A stretch of 64,000 nucleotides of DNA from Huintestinicola sp. (GTDB lineage: Bacteria > Bacillota > Clostridia > Oscillospirales > Ruminococcaceae): NCBI RefSeq assembly GCF_050874005.1, contig NZ_JBNMJV010000011.1, forward strand, positions 2,052 to 66,051, written 5' to 3'. The translations under genes were made by a program, and so were the position numbers. Shown here one piece after another: positions 54,341 through 63,703 of this stretch; positions within the stretch are counted from its first letter, which is position 1; every line of letters begins with the position of its first letter. The notes under the pieces were generated by a model. The model ran no database searches. It saw nothing but the letters and a program-made list of their open reading frames with translations, and was not told the origin of the DNA.

Positions 54341-55792
54341 ATGGATAATCATTATGATGTCATTATCGCAGGCACAGGGGTGGGCGGTCTTTACACCGCT
54401 CTGTGCCTGCCGGAAAGTATGAATATATTGGTCATCAGCAAAAGAGAGCTTGACCTGTGCAATTCCGCTCTGGCGCAGGGAGGAGTTGCTGCCGTTTACA
54501 AGCCTGTAGACGATGATACCACCACTCTCCACACCAATGATACTCTTATCGCAGGCGGCTTTAAGAACAACCCCGACTCCGTAAAGGTGCTTGTTACCGA
54601 GGCGGCAGGAGAGATACAGCACATTCTCGACATCGGCGTGGACTTCGACAGGGACGAGAACGGCGAGCTGGACAGGACTCTCGAGGGCGGTCACAGCCGC
54701 AGACGTATTTTCCACCACAAGGACTCCACGGGAGCGGAGGTCACAGCAAAGGTGCGTGAGGCGGTCCTTAAAAAGCCGAATGTTACTGTTCTTGACAACG
54801 CTCTGCTCTGCCGTATGAAGAAGATAGGCGGAGGCTTTGCTGCCGATATCCTGAGAGACGGAGTACATACCACCGTTACGGCACAGTTTGCGGTAATGGC
54901 TACGGGCGGCATAGGCAGGGTATACGACTACACCACAAACTCCGCCATTGCTACAGGAGACGGCATTGCTATGGCTTATGAGATGGGTGCGGAGATACGC
55001 AATCTCTCTCTTATCCAGTTCCACCCCACCGCTTACAACAACAAGGAGTCAAGAGAGTGTTTCCTTATTTCCGAGTCTGTTCGTGGCGAGGGAGCATATC
55101 TGCTGAACTGCAGCAAAGAGCGGTTTATGCACAATTATGATGACCGCTTAGAGCTTGCTCCGAGAGATGTGGTTTCACGCTCCATAATCCTTGAGAGCAG
55201 AAAAACGGGCAGCGATGAGTTCTATCTCGACATACGCTACAAGGGCAAGGAATATCTGAGCGGCAGATTCCCGATGATATATGATTTTCTCAAAACTCAG
55301 GGCATTGATATGGGCGAGGACCTGATACCCATTTACCCCTGTCAGCACTACCTTATGGGCGGTATCAATGTGAACACCTCCGCTCAGACGGACATAAGCG
55401 GTCTGTACGCTGTAGGCGAATGTTCTCACACAGGTGTTCACGGCAACAACCGCCTTGCTTCAAACTCACTTCTTGAGGCGCTTGTTTTCGGTCACAGGGC
55501 AGCACTTGACATCAGCGGCAAGTTCGCTCCCGAGGCAGAGTGCGAGGAATACGCTTTTTCGGAGCCCGAGAATGCTGTTCCCATTCCTCACGGCATAAGG
55601 ACCGAGATAAGACACATAATGCAGAAATCATACTTTGTTATACCCGACAAGCAGAAGGCGCTTGAGGGCTTTGAGAGAGTTTCCGAGATAAAGAAGATGC
55701 TGGAAAACGGCAGCTACATCATTGACAGGGATTTTGTGGAGGCTCATTCTCTTGCTACGGTGGCTTATCTGGTGCTCAAAGAGGTCATCTGA
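54341..55792 (+). CDS. nadB: L-aspartate oxidase
   Basis: IIAGTGVGGL, NSALAQGGVA, LEGGHSRRRI.H, QFHPT, ELAPRDVVSR, HYLMGG, GVHGNNRLASNSLLE. ATG at 54341. Confidence 0.95.
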   Translation: MDNHYDVIIAGTGVGGLYTALCLPESMNILVISKRELDLCNSALAQGGVAAVYKPVDDDTTTLHTNDTLIAGGFKNNPDSVKVLVTEAAGEIQHILDIGVDFDRDENGELDRTLEGGHSRRRIFHHKDSTGAEVTAKVREAVLKKPNVTVLDNALLCRMKKIGGGFAADILRDGVHTTVTAQFAVMATGGIGRVYDYTTNSAIATGDGIAMAYEMGAEIRNLSLIQFHPTAYNNKESRECFLISESVRGEGAYLLNCSKERFMHNYDDRLELAPRDVVSRSIILESRKTGSDEFYLDIRYKGKEYLSGRFPMIYDFLKTQGIDMGEDLIPIYPCQHYLMGGINVNTSAQTDISGLYAVGECSHTGVHGNNRLASNSLLEALVFGHRAALDISGKFAPEAECEEYAFSEPENAVPIPHGIRTEIRHIMQKSYFVIPDKQKALEGFERVSEIKKMLENGSYIIDRDFVEAHSLATVAYLVLKEVI

Positions 55793-55835
55793 CTTTTGGT
55801 TTATGGATTTGATTTACAGGAAATGTAAATAAGTT

Positions 55836-55890
55836 ATCCCCGATAATGCAGGGTGTTGTATAAACTGCATTATCGGGGATTTTTGTTTTT
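55836..55890 (+). terminator. nadB terminator
   Basis: ATCCCCGATAATGCAG / CTGCATTATCGGGGAT followed by T-runs. Confidence 0.85.
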
Positions 55891-55940
55891 GTGGGAATTT
55901 ACAAAAATGGCAGAAACAGAAAATTTGTTTCAAAAAGGCA

Positions 55941-55970
55941 TTGACAAAAATGGAGCAAATGTGCTATAAT
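55941..55970 (+). promoter_or_regulatory. Sigma-A promoter of the five-gene accessory cluster
   Basis: TTGACA-18-TATAAT with TG extension. Confidence 0.6.
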
Positions 55971-56034
55971 GTAAATGATGGAAATTACAAATTGGTATAG
56001 CTGTAAAACTCTTACGAAAGGAATAGTCATAAAA

Positions 56035-56475
56035 ATGGTCTGGCTGGAACCAAGCGAATATGAAAAGCAGAAATTTACGGTGCTGAGGCTGTATGCACCC
56101 AAGAGCGAAAAAATCTTATTGGACTTTGAGCCGCTTAAAATTTCCGATAAACCTGATAGGGAGCCGCTGTGGGAGGAGTGGCACTGCTATGCTTCGCCGT
56201 TAAGGATATTTAAACAGGACTATGAGCTGCTGCTTCGTTATTTTAGCAAGGTATATCCCGTTAAAGACCCGATCAACGGGAATGTGCTGTCTTTTTTTGA
56301 TGTGTGTTCGGACAACCGGATAGGCGGGGAGGACTGGCTTAAAATAATCTGTGAAATAGAAGGGGATATGGGAACTGTTCCCGATAACGAAAAAGCTTTC
56401 CTTTTGAGGTTTGTTAAGTGGCTGAGGGAGGCGATGAAATACACTTCTGTTATTGTTGCGGAGGGAAATTTGTAA
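56035..56475 (+). CDS. Hypothetical protein
   Basis: ORF after a GAAAGGA RBS; start uncertain (the ORF track opens at 55975). Confidence 0.65.
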   Translation: MVWLEPSEYEKQKFTVLRLYAPKSEKILLDFEPLKISDKPDREPLWEEWHCYASPLRIFKQDYELLLRYFSKVYPVKDPINGNVLSFFDVCSDNRIGGEDWLKIICEIEGDMGTVPDNEKAFLLRFVKWLREAMKYTSVIVAEGNL

Positions 56476-56499
56476 AAGGCATTTTGGAGGTGACTACCT

Positions 56500-56829
56500 T
56501 TGATCGGAGATATTGTTACTGTAACTGTTGACAGACCGCTGGGGAGCTGTCACCCGGAGCACAAGGATATGTATTATCCTGTGAACTATGGCTATATCGA
56601 GGGGATAATTGCTCCCGACGGAGAGGAGCAGGACGCTTACATTTTAGGGGTGAATGTTCCCGTTGAGAAATTTACGGGCAGGGTCATTGCGGTCATTCAC
56701 AGAGATGATGATGCAGAGGAAAAATGGGTGGTATGTCCCGATGAGTTTTCTTTCAGCAGAGAGGAAATTATGGAGATGGTGGATTTTCAGGAAAAGTATT
56801 TTCGGTCGGAGGTCATTATGCAGATCTAA
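56500..56829 (+). CDS. Small family-I inorganic pyrophosphatase-like protein
   Basis: VDRPLGS.HP...YYPVNYGYI.G..APDGEEQDAYILG...D.EEKWVV. Confidence 0.8.
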   Translation: MIGDIVTVTVDRPLGSCHPEHKDMYYPVNYGYIEGIIAPDGEEQDAYILGVNVPVEKFTGRVIAVIHRDDDAEEKWVVCPDEFSFSREEIMEMVDFQEKYFRSEVIMQI

Positions 56830-56841
56830 GGAGGTGGGGAT

Positions 56842-57336
56842 ATGCTTAGCAGGGTCATTGTTATAGGCAGCCCCGGGTCGGGGAAAAGCACATTTGCAAG
56901 GCGGCTCAAGGATATGACGGGTCTGCCCCTTTATTATCTTGATATGATATGGCACAAGCCCGATAGGACTAATATTTCCAAAGAGGAATTTGACAAAAGG
57001 CTCAATGAGATCTTATCCACAGACAGGTGGATAATTGACGGGAATTATCAGAGGACGCTTGAGGTTCGGCTGAGAAAATGCGACACCGTTTTTCTTTTTG
57101 ATCTTCCTGTTGAGGTTTGTTTGTCGGGTGCTAAGGCAAGGGTCGGCACTAAAAGGGAGGATATGCCTTGGACAGAAACGGAATTTGATGAGGAGTTCAG
57201 GCAATGGATAGTGGATTTTCCAAAAAAACAGCTGCCCGAAATTTATGGGCTGCTTGAAAAATACAAGGATAAAAATATTGTGGTTTTTAGATCGAGACAG
57301 GACGCTGAGACTTATCTGAAGGGAGAATTATTATGA
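56842..57336 (+). CDS. Adenylate-kinase-like / FlaR (topology modulation) P-loop protein
   Basis: VIGSPGSGKSTFAR.L, YLD...H, WIIDGNY. Confidence 0.85.
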   Translation: MLSRVIVIGSPGSGKSTFARRLKDMTGLPLYYLDMIWHKPDRTNISKEEFDKRLNEILSTDRWIIDGNYQRTLEVRLRKCDTVFLFDLPVEVCLSGAKARVGTKREDMPWTETEFDEEFRQWIVDFPKKQLPEIYGLLEKYKDKNIVVFRSRQDAETYLKGELL

Positions 57337-57848
57337 TACTTGAAACGGAAAGGCTTATTCTTCGCAGGTATACTGCCGATGACCTGAATGACCTTTATGA
57401 ATATTTATCCGATGATGAGGTGGTAAGGTTTGAGCCGTACAAGGCAATGAGCCTTGAGGAAACAAAGGATAATCTTAAATGGCGTATCGGGACAGACGAG
57501 ATGATCGCTGTGGAGCTTAAAAGCGAGCACAAAATGATCGGCAACATTTATCTCGGAAAAAGAGATTTTTATGCCCTTGAGATAGGATATGTTTTTAATC
57601 GGAAATACTGGGGAATGGGTTATACTAAGGAGGGCTGTGAGGCTATCATAAAGCGTGCTTTCAATGACGGGATACACAGGATATTTGCCGAATGCGACCC
57701 CGAAAATACAAGCTCATGGGGATTGCTTGAGGCGCTGGGATTTGACAGGGAGGCGCATCTCAAGAAGAATGTTTATTTTTGGACAGATGAGATGGGGAAA
57801 CCTATCTGGAAGGACACTTACATATATGCGAAATTAGGCTCTGACTGA
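57333..57848 (+). CDS. GNAT N-acetyltransferase (RimJ/RimL family)
   Basis: LETERLILR, EIGYVFNRKYWGMGY, N.SSWGLLEALGF.REA. Confidence 0.9.
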   Translation: MILETERLILRRYTADDLNDLYEYLSDDEVVRFEPYKAMSLEETKDNLKWRIGTDEMIAVELKSEHKMIGNIYLGKRDFYALEIGYVFNRKYWGMGYTKEGCEAIIKRAFNDGIHRIFAECDPENTSSWGLLEALGFDREAHLKKNVYFWTDEMGKPIWKDTYIYAKLGSD

Positions 57849-57861
57849 TAGAGGTGATTAT

Positions 57862-58689
57862 ATGAAAACAGAAGCCGCAGGCTGTATAAAGCTGTCGTCC
57901 CTTATTGAAAAATACGGTCTTGAGGGCTATTATTCCTACAGTCGGACCGTAGGCGCTGACGGGAATATTTATATATTCCTTCAAGAGGACAGCCACAGGA
58001 CGAAGCACGACCGTTCCCTGCTTTACAGCTATGCTGCTGTTCGTCTCATTCCCGATTGGTACGGCACAGATGTGACCTCGGAGCTTCTTGCGCTTGGGGA
58101 ATACAGAGACAGGCTCTCGGGCATACACCCCATGGGAGATCGTCTCCTGCTTATAGGCAGAGACGATAAAAATGCTATAGGGATAATTCTTGATGAACGC
58201 TTAAAAGAACAGGGCAGGATAAGCTTCGGCATAAGCTATTTCGACAAGTCTATCATAACGGCGGACGGCAGGATATGTCTGGGAGAAATAGAAGAAAATT
58301 GTTTCAGCCCTGCGCCCGTAAGTATTTTTGACGAGCAGGGGTGCTGTGAAAAAATTGAGCGTTTCTCTCATTGGGACGTCACGGCTCTTAACATTGACGA
58401 AAACGGCGATATATGGTACTATGCATATCCCGATAACGGCTTTTTCTCTACAGGAGGCGAAAGCCTGAGATATGACGGGGCAGTATATAATTTCGCTGTT
58501 CTTCCCCACCGTCGGGGGATGATCGCAGATACGGGCGGCAGGTTCAGGCTTCTCCGATTTAACGGTCAGTCCGAAAATGCAGTATTTACTTACGGCGGAA
58601 GAGAGATAACAGACGGACTTTCCTCATTCAGAGGAAACCGTGGAGTTATTCTTTGCGATGACGCTCTATACTTTTTCTGCATAAACTGA
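57862..58689 (+). CDS. Hypothetical protein (possibly beta-propeller-like)
   Basis: 275-aa ORF with GAGGTG RBS; repeated beta-strand/Gly-Asp patterns. Confidence 0.65.
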   Translation: MKTEAAGCIKLSSLIEKYGLEGYYSYSRTVGADGNIYIFLQEDSHRTKHDRSLLYSYAAVRLIPDWYGTDVTSELLALGEYRDRLSGIHPMGDRLLLIGRDDKNAIGIILDERLKEQGRISFGISYFDKSIITADGRICLGEIEENCFSPAPVSIFDEQGCCEKIERFSHWDVTALNIDENGDIWYYAYPDNGFFSTGGESLRYDGAVYNFAVLPHRRGMIADTGGRFRLLRFNGQSENAVFTYGGREITDGLSSFRGNRGVILCDDALYFFCIN

Positions 58690-58695
58690 ACAAAA

Positions 58696-58725
58696 GTCCC
58701 CGTACTCCGAAGGGAATACGGGGAT
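58696..58725. terminator. Terminator between convergent genes
   Basis: TCCCCGTA / TACGGGGA stem. Confidence 0.6.
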
Positions 58726-58729
58726 AAAT

Positions 58730-60334
58730 TTATCTTCCTGTCAATGCGCTCCTTCCCACCTTGTCAAAAAAGGCGGAAATGAAAATTAGAGGAGCTGAGA
58801 AATGTATGGAAGGTTCGTTTGTGGAAAGGCTGCAGCTATTGTCGGCATAGCATTTCGCTCCGGGAGTGCCCTTTTCGATGTGCCACTTGGAATATTCGTC
58901 GCTGCGTTCAACATTTGCACCGCTGACCACCATTCCCGGGAGGGGCGGGTCATTTTCCATCAAGGCGCTCATAAGGTGGCAGGGCATCTGACAGCAGTCG
59001 TTTCCTATACCTGTGACATAGGATAAGCCCATTGGATTTTTGCCGAATATATAGCCGAACTGGTCGATCGCTCCCGAAAGATATTCCTGCTCGCCGCTTA
59101 TGAGATAGGCGGTGATGAAGTCCATACAGTCGGAAAGCACCGCAAAATTGCTGCCGTATGTATATCCGCCGCCTGCGCTTCTGGCGGTGCGGTAGCCGCT
59201 GGAGTTTACGGCTATTGTCATTCTGTCTGCTCTGTCGGTGAGACGCTTCCTGATAAACGCTTCTGCGGAGCGGTCACGGGTGCGGCTGTTCATCAGGTAG
59301 GACAGCGCCGCAAATCCGCCGCAGGTGGAATATCCGAAGCCGTAAAACGAGGACAGGATATATTTTTCCATTATCATCTGCTCGAAGCTGCTTTCTCCCG
59401 TAAGGGCGTACATCTCACACATTGCCCACATAAATTCGCTTTCGATGGCGTTAAGTCCGTCGCCGTTTTCCGAGGCGCTGCCAAGCCTGCGGCAGTAGTT
59501 TTCGTATTCCTCCGTTCTGAGAGCGGCTATCCAGCTGAGCTCTGCCGCCTTACGGAGCTTTTTGGAAAATGCTTTGTCCGTTTCGGAAAAAAACTCCGCT
59601 CCAAGAGCCGCCGCCGCTGTGAAAACAAGAGCCGCAGAACAGCTTTGCTCCGTAAAAAAGTAGGCGCCGTTATCCTCCTCGGGGGAAGCTATATCCGTTC
59701 CGCAGACGGATATTCCGCCGTAAACGCCTCCGTCTCTGTCCTGCATTTTAAGGAGCCACTCAAGTCCCCATCTGCACTCGTCAGAAATAAGCTTTTTTTC
59801 CTCGTCCGAAAAGCTTTCTCCGAAAAGCTTCAGAGCATATAACATATCCGCTGCTGCAAGGCAGGTGCTGCGGACGTTTTTTGCATATCCGCCGCCTGTA
59901 TGCCAGCCCCCGGATGCGTCTGCAAAGGAGCCGTGCTTTGTAACAGGCTCGGTGTGACATTCACGGTGGGTATAATTGCCGCAGCGTGCGGTCTCTCCCG
60001 AAAGGTCAAAGCCGCAGCGGCTGGCAAATATGCCGTCAAGTACCGTTTTTCGTATATTTTTATAAGGCTCGCCGGTTATCTCGAAAACGTCCGAACGCCT
60101 GTAGCCTGCACGGATAAAATATGAACCGCAGGTATTGAAATCGGAAAAATCCGCAAGCTTTACCGTATCTCCCGACTCACGGTCGAAATAGGGACAGGTA
60201 AGACGGCCTGCATATACGCTTATTCCCGTGGCGGCTTCAACAAGATAGAACACGCCTGCCGTTACTCTGCATACGGCGTTTTTAGGCATTCCCGTCATAT
60301 ATCCCAGATGATTTACCTGTATACGTTTCTTCAT
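58730..60334 (-). CDS. GH9-family glycoside hydrolase homologue with N-terminal Ig-like domain; catalytic base motif lost
   Basis: IQVNHLGY, DFSDF...GSY, RCG, D.SGGWH, Y.D....STNE; the DAGD motif reads TGGG; no signal peptide. Confidence 0.82.
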   Translation of the reverse strand: MKKRIQVNHLGYMTGMPKNAVCRVTAGVFYLVEAATGISVYAGRLTCPYFDRESGDTVKLADFSDFNTCGSYFIRAGYRRSDVFEITGEPYKNIRKTVLDGIFASRCGFDLSGETARCGNYTHRECHTEPVTKHGSFADASGGWHTGGGYAKNVRSTCLAAADMLYALKLFGESFSDEEKKLISDECRWGLEWLLKMQDRDGGVYGGISVCGTDIASPEEDNGAYFFTEQSCSAALVFTAAAALGAEFFSETDKAFSKKLRKAAELSWIAALRTEEYENYCRRLGSASENGDGLNAIESEFMWAMCEMYALTGESSFEQMIMEKYILSSFYGFGYSTCGGFAALSYLMNSRTRDRSAEAFIRKRLTDRADRMTIAVNSSGYRTARSAGGGYTYGSNFAVLSDCMDFITAYLISGEQEYLSGAIDQFGYIFGKNPMGLSYVTGIGNDCCQMPCHLMSALMENDPPLPGMVVSGANVERSDEYSKWHIEKGTPGAKCYADNSCSLSTNEPSIHFSAPLIFISAFFDKVGRSALTGR

Positions 60335-60476
60335 CTGACCGCCTCCTTGCGCCTGTTATTTGCTTTAGTATATTACCTTATTATAATTATACCTTATTTT
60401 GAAATTTCATTATATCAATACCTATGACCAATATAAAATATTATTTTTTTGTTTTTTTTAAATTTGCTTGAACGGG

Positions 60477-60505
60477 TTGAAATAAAAATCGAACTGTGAT
60501 ATAAT
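60477..60505 (+). promoter_or_regulatory. Sigma-A promoter of the CE2-PAP2 genes
   Basis: TTGAAA-17-TATAAT with TGTG extension. Confidence 0.65.
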
Positions 60506-60541
60506 TTGTGTAATATTAGATCCGTACAGGAGGAAAACGCT

Positions 60542-61594
60542 ATGGAACTTTGCCATAAAAGTGAGAAAATAAATTATTACGGCAGAATTGATATGAAGGA
60601 AGATGGGGCATATTTCTATTTTCCCTCGTCCTCGGCGGAGGTGCGCTTTAAGGGGACGGAGATATATGCAAGTGTAAATGCAAATATCGTCTGGGGTACT
60701 GTTGCTCTGGGCTATGTGATAGACGGACGTATGGGTCAGGTGCCTTTGAGCAGGGACAACAACGGAAAAGATATGACCTATCAGCTGGCAAATTCCCTTG
60801 AGCCTGACAAGGAGCATACTCTTATCCTCTACAAAAGGCAGGCGGCAAATCTGAGCTTTTCGCTTAAAGGCTTCTCCTGCGACGGAGAATTTACCCTTCC
60901 TCCCGAAAAGCCTGCATTAAAGCTGGAATTTTACGGTGACAGCGTTTCAGCAGGTGAGGTGACGGAGGCTTATGATTTTGTGGGACGCTCCGACCCTGCT
61001 TCCCACGACAGCGCATATGACAACTCATATCTGAGCTACACCTGGCAGACCGCAAGGCTGCTTGGGGCGCAGATACAGAACGTTTCCCAGGGCGGCATTG
61101 CGGTCTTTGACGATACGGGATATTTCCACGCTCCTAAGATGATCGGTATGGAGTCGGTCTATGACAAGCTGTGCTATTTTCCCGAGGGCGGCGAGCTGAC
61201 AGAGTGGGATTTTTCAAGGTATGATCCCGATATTGCGGTATTTGCCCTGGGTCAGAACGACAAGCACAACGGAATTACCGACAAGGACGATATTGACATT
61301 TACGACACTAAGACACGTACAAAGTGGAAAGAGGGCTATAAGGACATTGTAAGGAATATCCACGCTCATTACGGCAATAATACCAAATATATCTTCCTTA
61401 CCACTCTGCTTATGCACGACCCCGAGTGGGACAAGGCTATCGACGAGGCAGTATGCGAGCTGAAAACCGAAGGCATACCCGCCTATCATATGCTCTTCAA
61501 GCGAAACGGCGCCGCTACTCCGGGACACCCTCGTTATCAGGAGCATAAGGAAATGGCAGAGGAGCTTGCCGCTTACATCAGAGGGATTTTATAA
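60542..61594 (+). CDS. CE2-like SGNH/GDSL carbohydrate esterase (no signal peptide)
   Basis: N-terminal beta domain then EFYGDSVSAG, SQGGI, ALGQND, GHP. ATG at 60542 follows AGGAGG. Confidence 0.8.
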   Translation: MELCHKSEKINYYGRIDMKEDGAYFYFPSSSAEVRFKGTEIYASVNANIVWGTVALGYVIDGRMGQVPLSRDNNGKDMTYQLANSLEPDKEHTLILYKRQAANLSFSLKGFSCDGEFTLPPEKPALKLEFYGDSVSAGEVTEAYDFVGRSDPASHDSAYDNSYLSYTWQTARLLGAQIQNVSQGGIAVFDDTGYFHAPKMIGMESVYDKLCYFPEGGELTEWDFSRYDPDIAVFALGQNDKHNGITDKDDIDIYDTKTRTKWKEGYKDIVRNIHAHYGNNTKYIFLTTLLMHDPEWDKAIDEAVCELKTEGIPAYHMLFKRNGAATPGHPRYQEHKEMAEELAAYIRGIL

Positions 61595-61596
61595 AA

Positions 61597-62151
61597 ATGC
61601 TTGACGCAGTTTATGAGATAGATTTTACCATACTTGCCTTTATCAGGGAGCATCTGAGCTGCAATGCTATGGACGTTGTGATGAAGCTGTTTACCTATGC
61701 GGGAAACTGGGGCATCATATGGATAGCGATCACCATTGGTCTGCTTATTTCAAAAAAGTACCGCAGGCTGGGGGTCACTATGGCAATAGGGCTTGTGGTA
61801 TGCCTTGCGGCAGGAAATCTGATACTGAAGCCCCTTATCGCAAGGGACAGGCCGTTCATAGCCGACCCCGGCATCATTCTTTCCATATTGCCGCCGTCGG
61901 GCTATTCCTTCCCCTCGGGTCATTCCTTCTCGTCCTTCGTATCGGCTTCCATTCTGGCAAAGTACAGCAGGAAGGCGGCTGCCTTTGCAATTCCCACAGC
62001 AATACTTATTGCATTTTCAAGGCTTTATTTCTGCGTTCATTTCCCCACCGACGTGATATGCGGTGCGGCTCTGGGGATAATTGCCGGGCTGACGGTATAT
62101 AGGCTCAGAAGGGACAGGACAGAGGAAAAGCCTGCTTCGGAAAATAAATAA
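61597..62151 (+). CDS. PAP2 family membrane phosphatase
   Basis: K..IARDRP, SFPSGH, SRLYFCVHFPTD motifs C1-C3. Confidence 0.92.
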   Translation: MLDAVYEIDFTILAFIREHLSCNAMDVVMKLFTYAGNWGIIWIAITIGLLISKKYRRLGVTMAIGLVVCLAAGNLILKPLIARDRPFIADPGIILSILPPSGYSFPSGHSFSSFVSASILAKYSRKAAAFAIPTAILIAFSRLYFCVHFPTDVICGAALGIIAGLTVYRLRRDRTEEKPASENK

Positions 62152-62156
62152 CATAA

Positions 62157-62191
62157 AAAAGCTTCTCTGCTGATGTTGCAGAGAAGCTTTT
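62157..62191. terminator. Bidirectional terminator
   Basis: AAAAGCTTCTCTGC / GCAGAGAAGCTTTT. Confidence 0.85.
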
Positions 62192-62205
62192 GCATTTGCT
62201 TGTAA

Positions 62206-63492
62206 TTATTTCAGAACGTAAACGTAAACAGGCTTGTTGCCCCACTGAATGCAGTCGTCATACTCGTTCATAAAGAGATCGACGATGATGTGTCCCTTGC
62301 GGACAGATGAACCTGTGTCTGCGGCGATGGCATAACCGTAAACCTCTCCGTCCTCGGCAACTATGTAAAGCTCTGTGCCGTAGGGAATAATGTCGGGGTC
62401 AACTGCAACATAGCCCTGGAATACTGCCTTTCCTGTGGACATAAGAGCGTCGGGAGCGGCGGTATATGCACAAGCGTTGCCCGTAAGTACGGCGGAATAC
62501 TCGGTGGGTATTCCGTTTTCGTCAAATTCCAGCCATTCGGGAAGCTCGAGGAGGGATATTGCGCCTTCCCGGGGAGCAGGAGTGCTTTCTTCGGCTTCAT
62601 CTTCATCGTCGAGGGTGATATCCTCGGGGATATCGTTCATATCCTCGTCTGAGGAAGTATCCTCGGTCTCGGTATCATTCTCGTTCTTGGAATTTTTATA
62701 TGAGGCGCTGTATCCGGCTGCTGCTCTTGAAGCTGCCTTCTCGGGTGCGCTGTATACTGTTATGAGATCGTCAGCTTCATCAGTCTCGGTGCTGTCCTCT
62801 GTTTCAAGGTCAAGTGCGGAGGAAAGTCCGCCGTCGTCCTCGTCCCCGCCTGCGGCAGAGAAACGTGCGAGAACGCTTTCGGTGATCTCCTGCTCTTCTT
62901 CGGACTGCCGGGCATCATTATCGGTGCTATCGGAAATTTCTTCGGCTTCATCGGAAACGTCTTCGACAGAAGCGGCTTCATCGTTCTCGGGGCCGGTTTC
63001 CTCGGAAAGAACAGTTTCTTCCGTGGAGATCATTTCATCTTCTTCGGCTGTATCTCCTTCGGAAGCTGTCTCAGGCTCTTCGGAAACAACGTTCTCAGCA
63101 GTATCATTGTCTGCGGTTTCCTCCTCGGAGGTCTCCTCTGCGGCTGTTTCGTTAACTGCGCCGGCAGCGGATACTGCCGCTTCGTTTATTTCCTCTGCTT
63201 CGGAAACGTCCTCCTCGTCCTTGGAGGTCATTTTTTTAATATCCTCAAAGGAGAAATACTCCATATCGTGAGAATAGGTTTTCTTTTCTGCCTTTTCGGT
63301 AACTGCCTCAAGGGCTGTTTCCTCGGGGATAACGTCCGTTTCAAGGTTTACTGTGGATATATCCTCTGAATTTACTCCGCCGATGACTGCAAGCGCCGCA
63401 ATTCCTGCGGTCATTGCTCCTGCTGCCATACAGCCTCTTATTCCCGAAAGTCTGAGCTTTCCGGAAAAAATCTGTCTGATCTTGTTCATCAT
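62206..63492 (-). CDS. 3D-domain (lytic transglycosylase-like) protein with a long acidic linker
   Basis: N-terminal TM; about 290-aa E/D/T/S-rich region; CAYTA, AVDPDIIPYGT, AADTG and VDLF. Confidence 0.85.
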   Translation of the reverse strand: MMNKIRQIFSGKLRLSGIRGCMAAGAMTAGIAALAVIGGVNSEDISTVNLETDVIPEETALEAVTEKAEKKTYSHDMEYFSFEDIKKMTSKDEEDVSEAEEINEAAVSAAGAVNETAAEETSEEETADNDTAENVVSEEPETASEGDTAEEDEMISTEETVLSEETGPENDEAASVEDVSDEAEEISDSTDNDARQSEEEQEITESVLARFSAAGGDEDDGGLSSALDLETEDSTETDEADDLITVYSAPEKAASRAAAGYSASYKNSKNENDTETEDTSSDEDMNDIPEDITLDDEDEAEESTPAPREGAISLLELPEWLEFDENGIPTEYSAVLTGNACAYTAAPDALMSTGKAVFQGYVAVDPDIIPYGTELYIVAEDGEVYGYAIAADTGSSVRKGHIIVDLFMNEYDDCIQWGNKPVYVYVLK

Positions 63493-63629
63493 AATAAAAT
63501 TCTCCCTGACGGCTTACTTTTTATATATGTGTCCGCCGTCGTTTCTTGTATTACCACCTTTATACTTGCCGAATAATACGGAAAGTTTAACCATACTTCC
63601 GATATCCGCTTCCGCATTACCCCCAAATT

Positions 63630-63703
63630 ATTTCAAAAGGTTTCAAAACGGTTACAAATCGGAATGTACTTGTAATTATACCGTAATTTCTTTTTTGTGT
63701 CAA
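63630..63703 (-). promoter_or_regulatory. Sigma-A promoter of the 3D gene with a downstream WalR-like direct repeat
   Basis: Minus strand TTGACA-17-TATAAT (63703-63675), then TGTAAC-CGTTT-TGAAAC-CTTT-TGAAAT (63656-63630). Confidence 0.65.

Noticed and set aside
55941-58689. Integron-type cassette array
   Set aside because: No integrase and no repeated attC-like sites at the gene junctions.
62600-63400. DNA repeat array in the 3D-domain gene
   Set aside because: Low-complexity acidic linker coding sequence with no fixed period.
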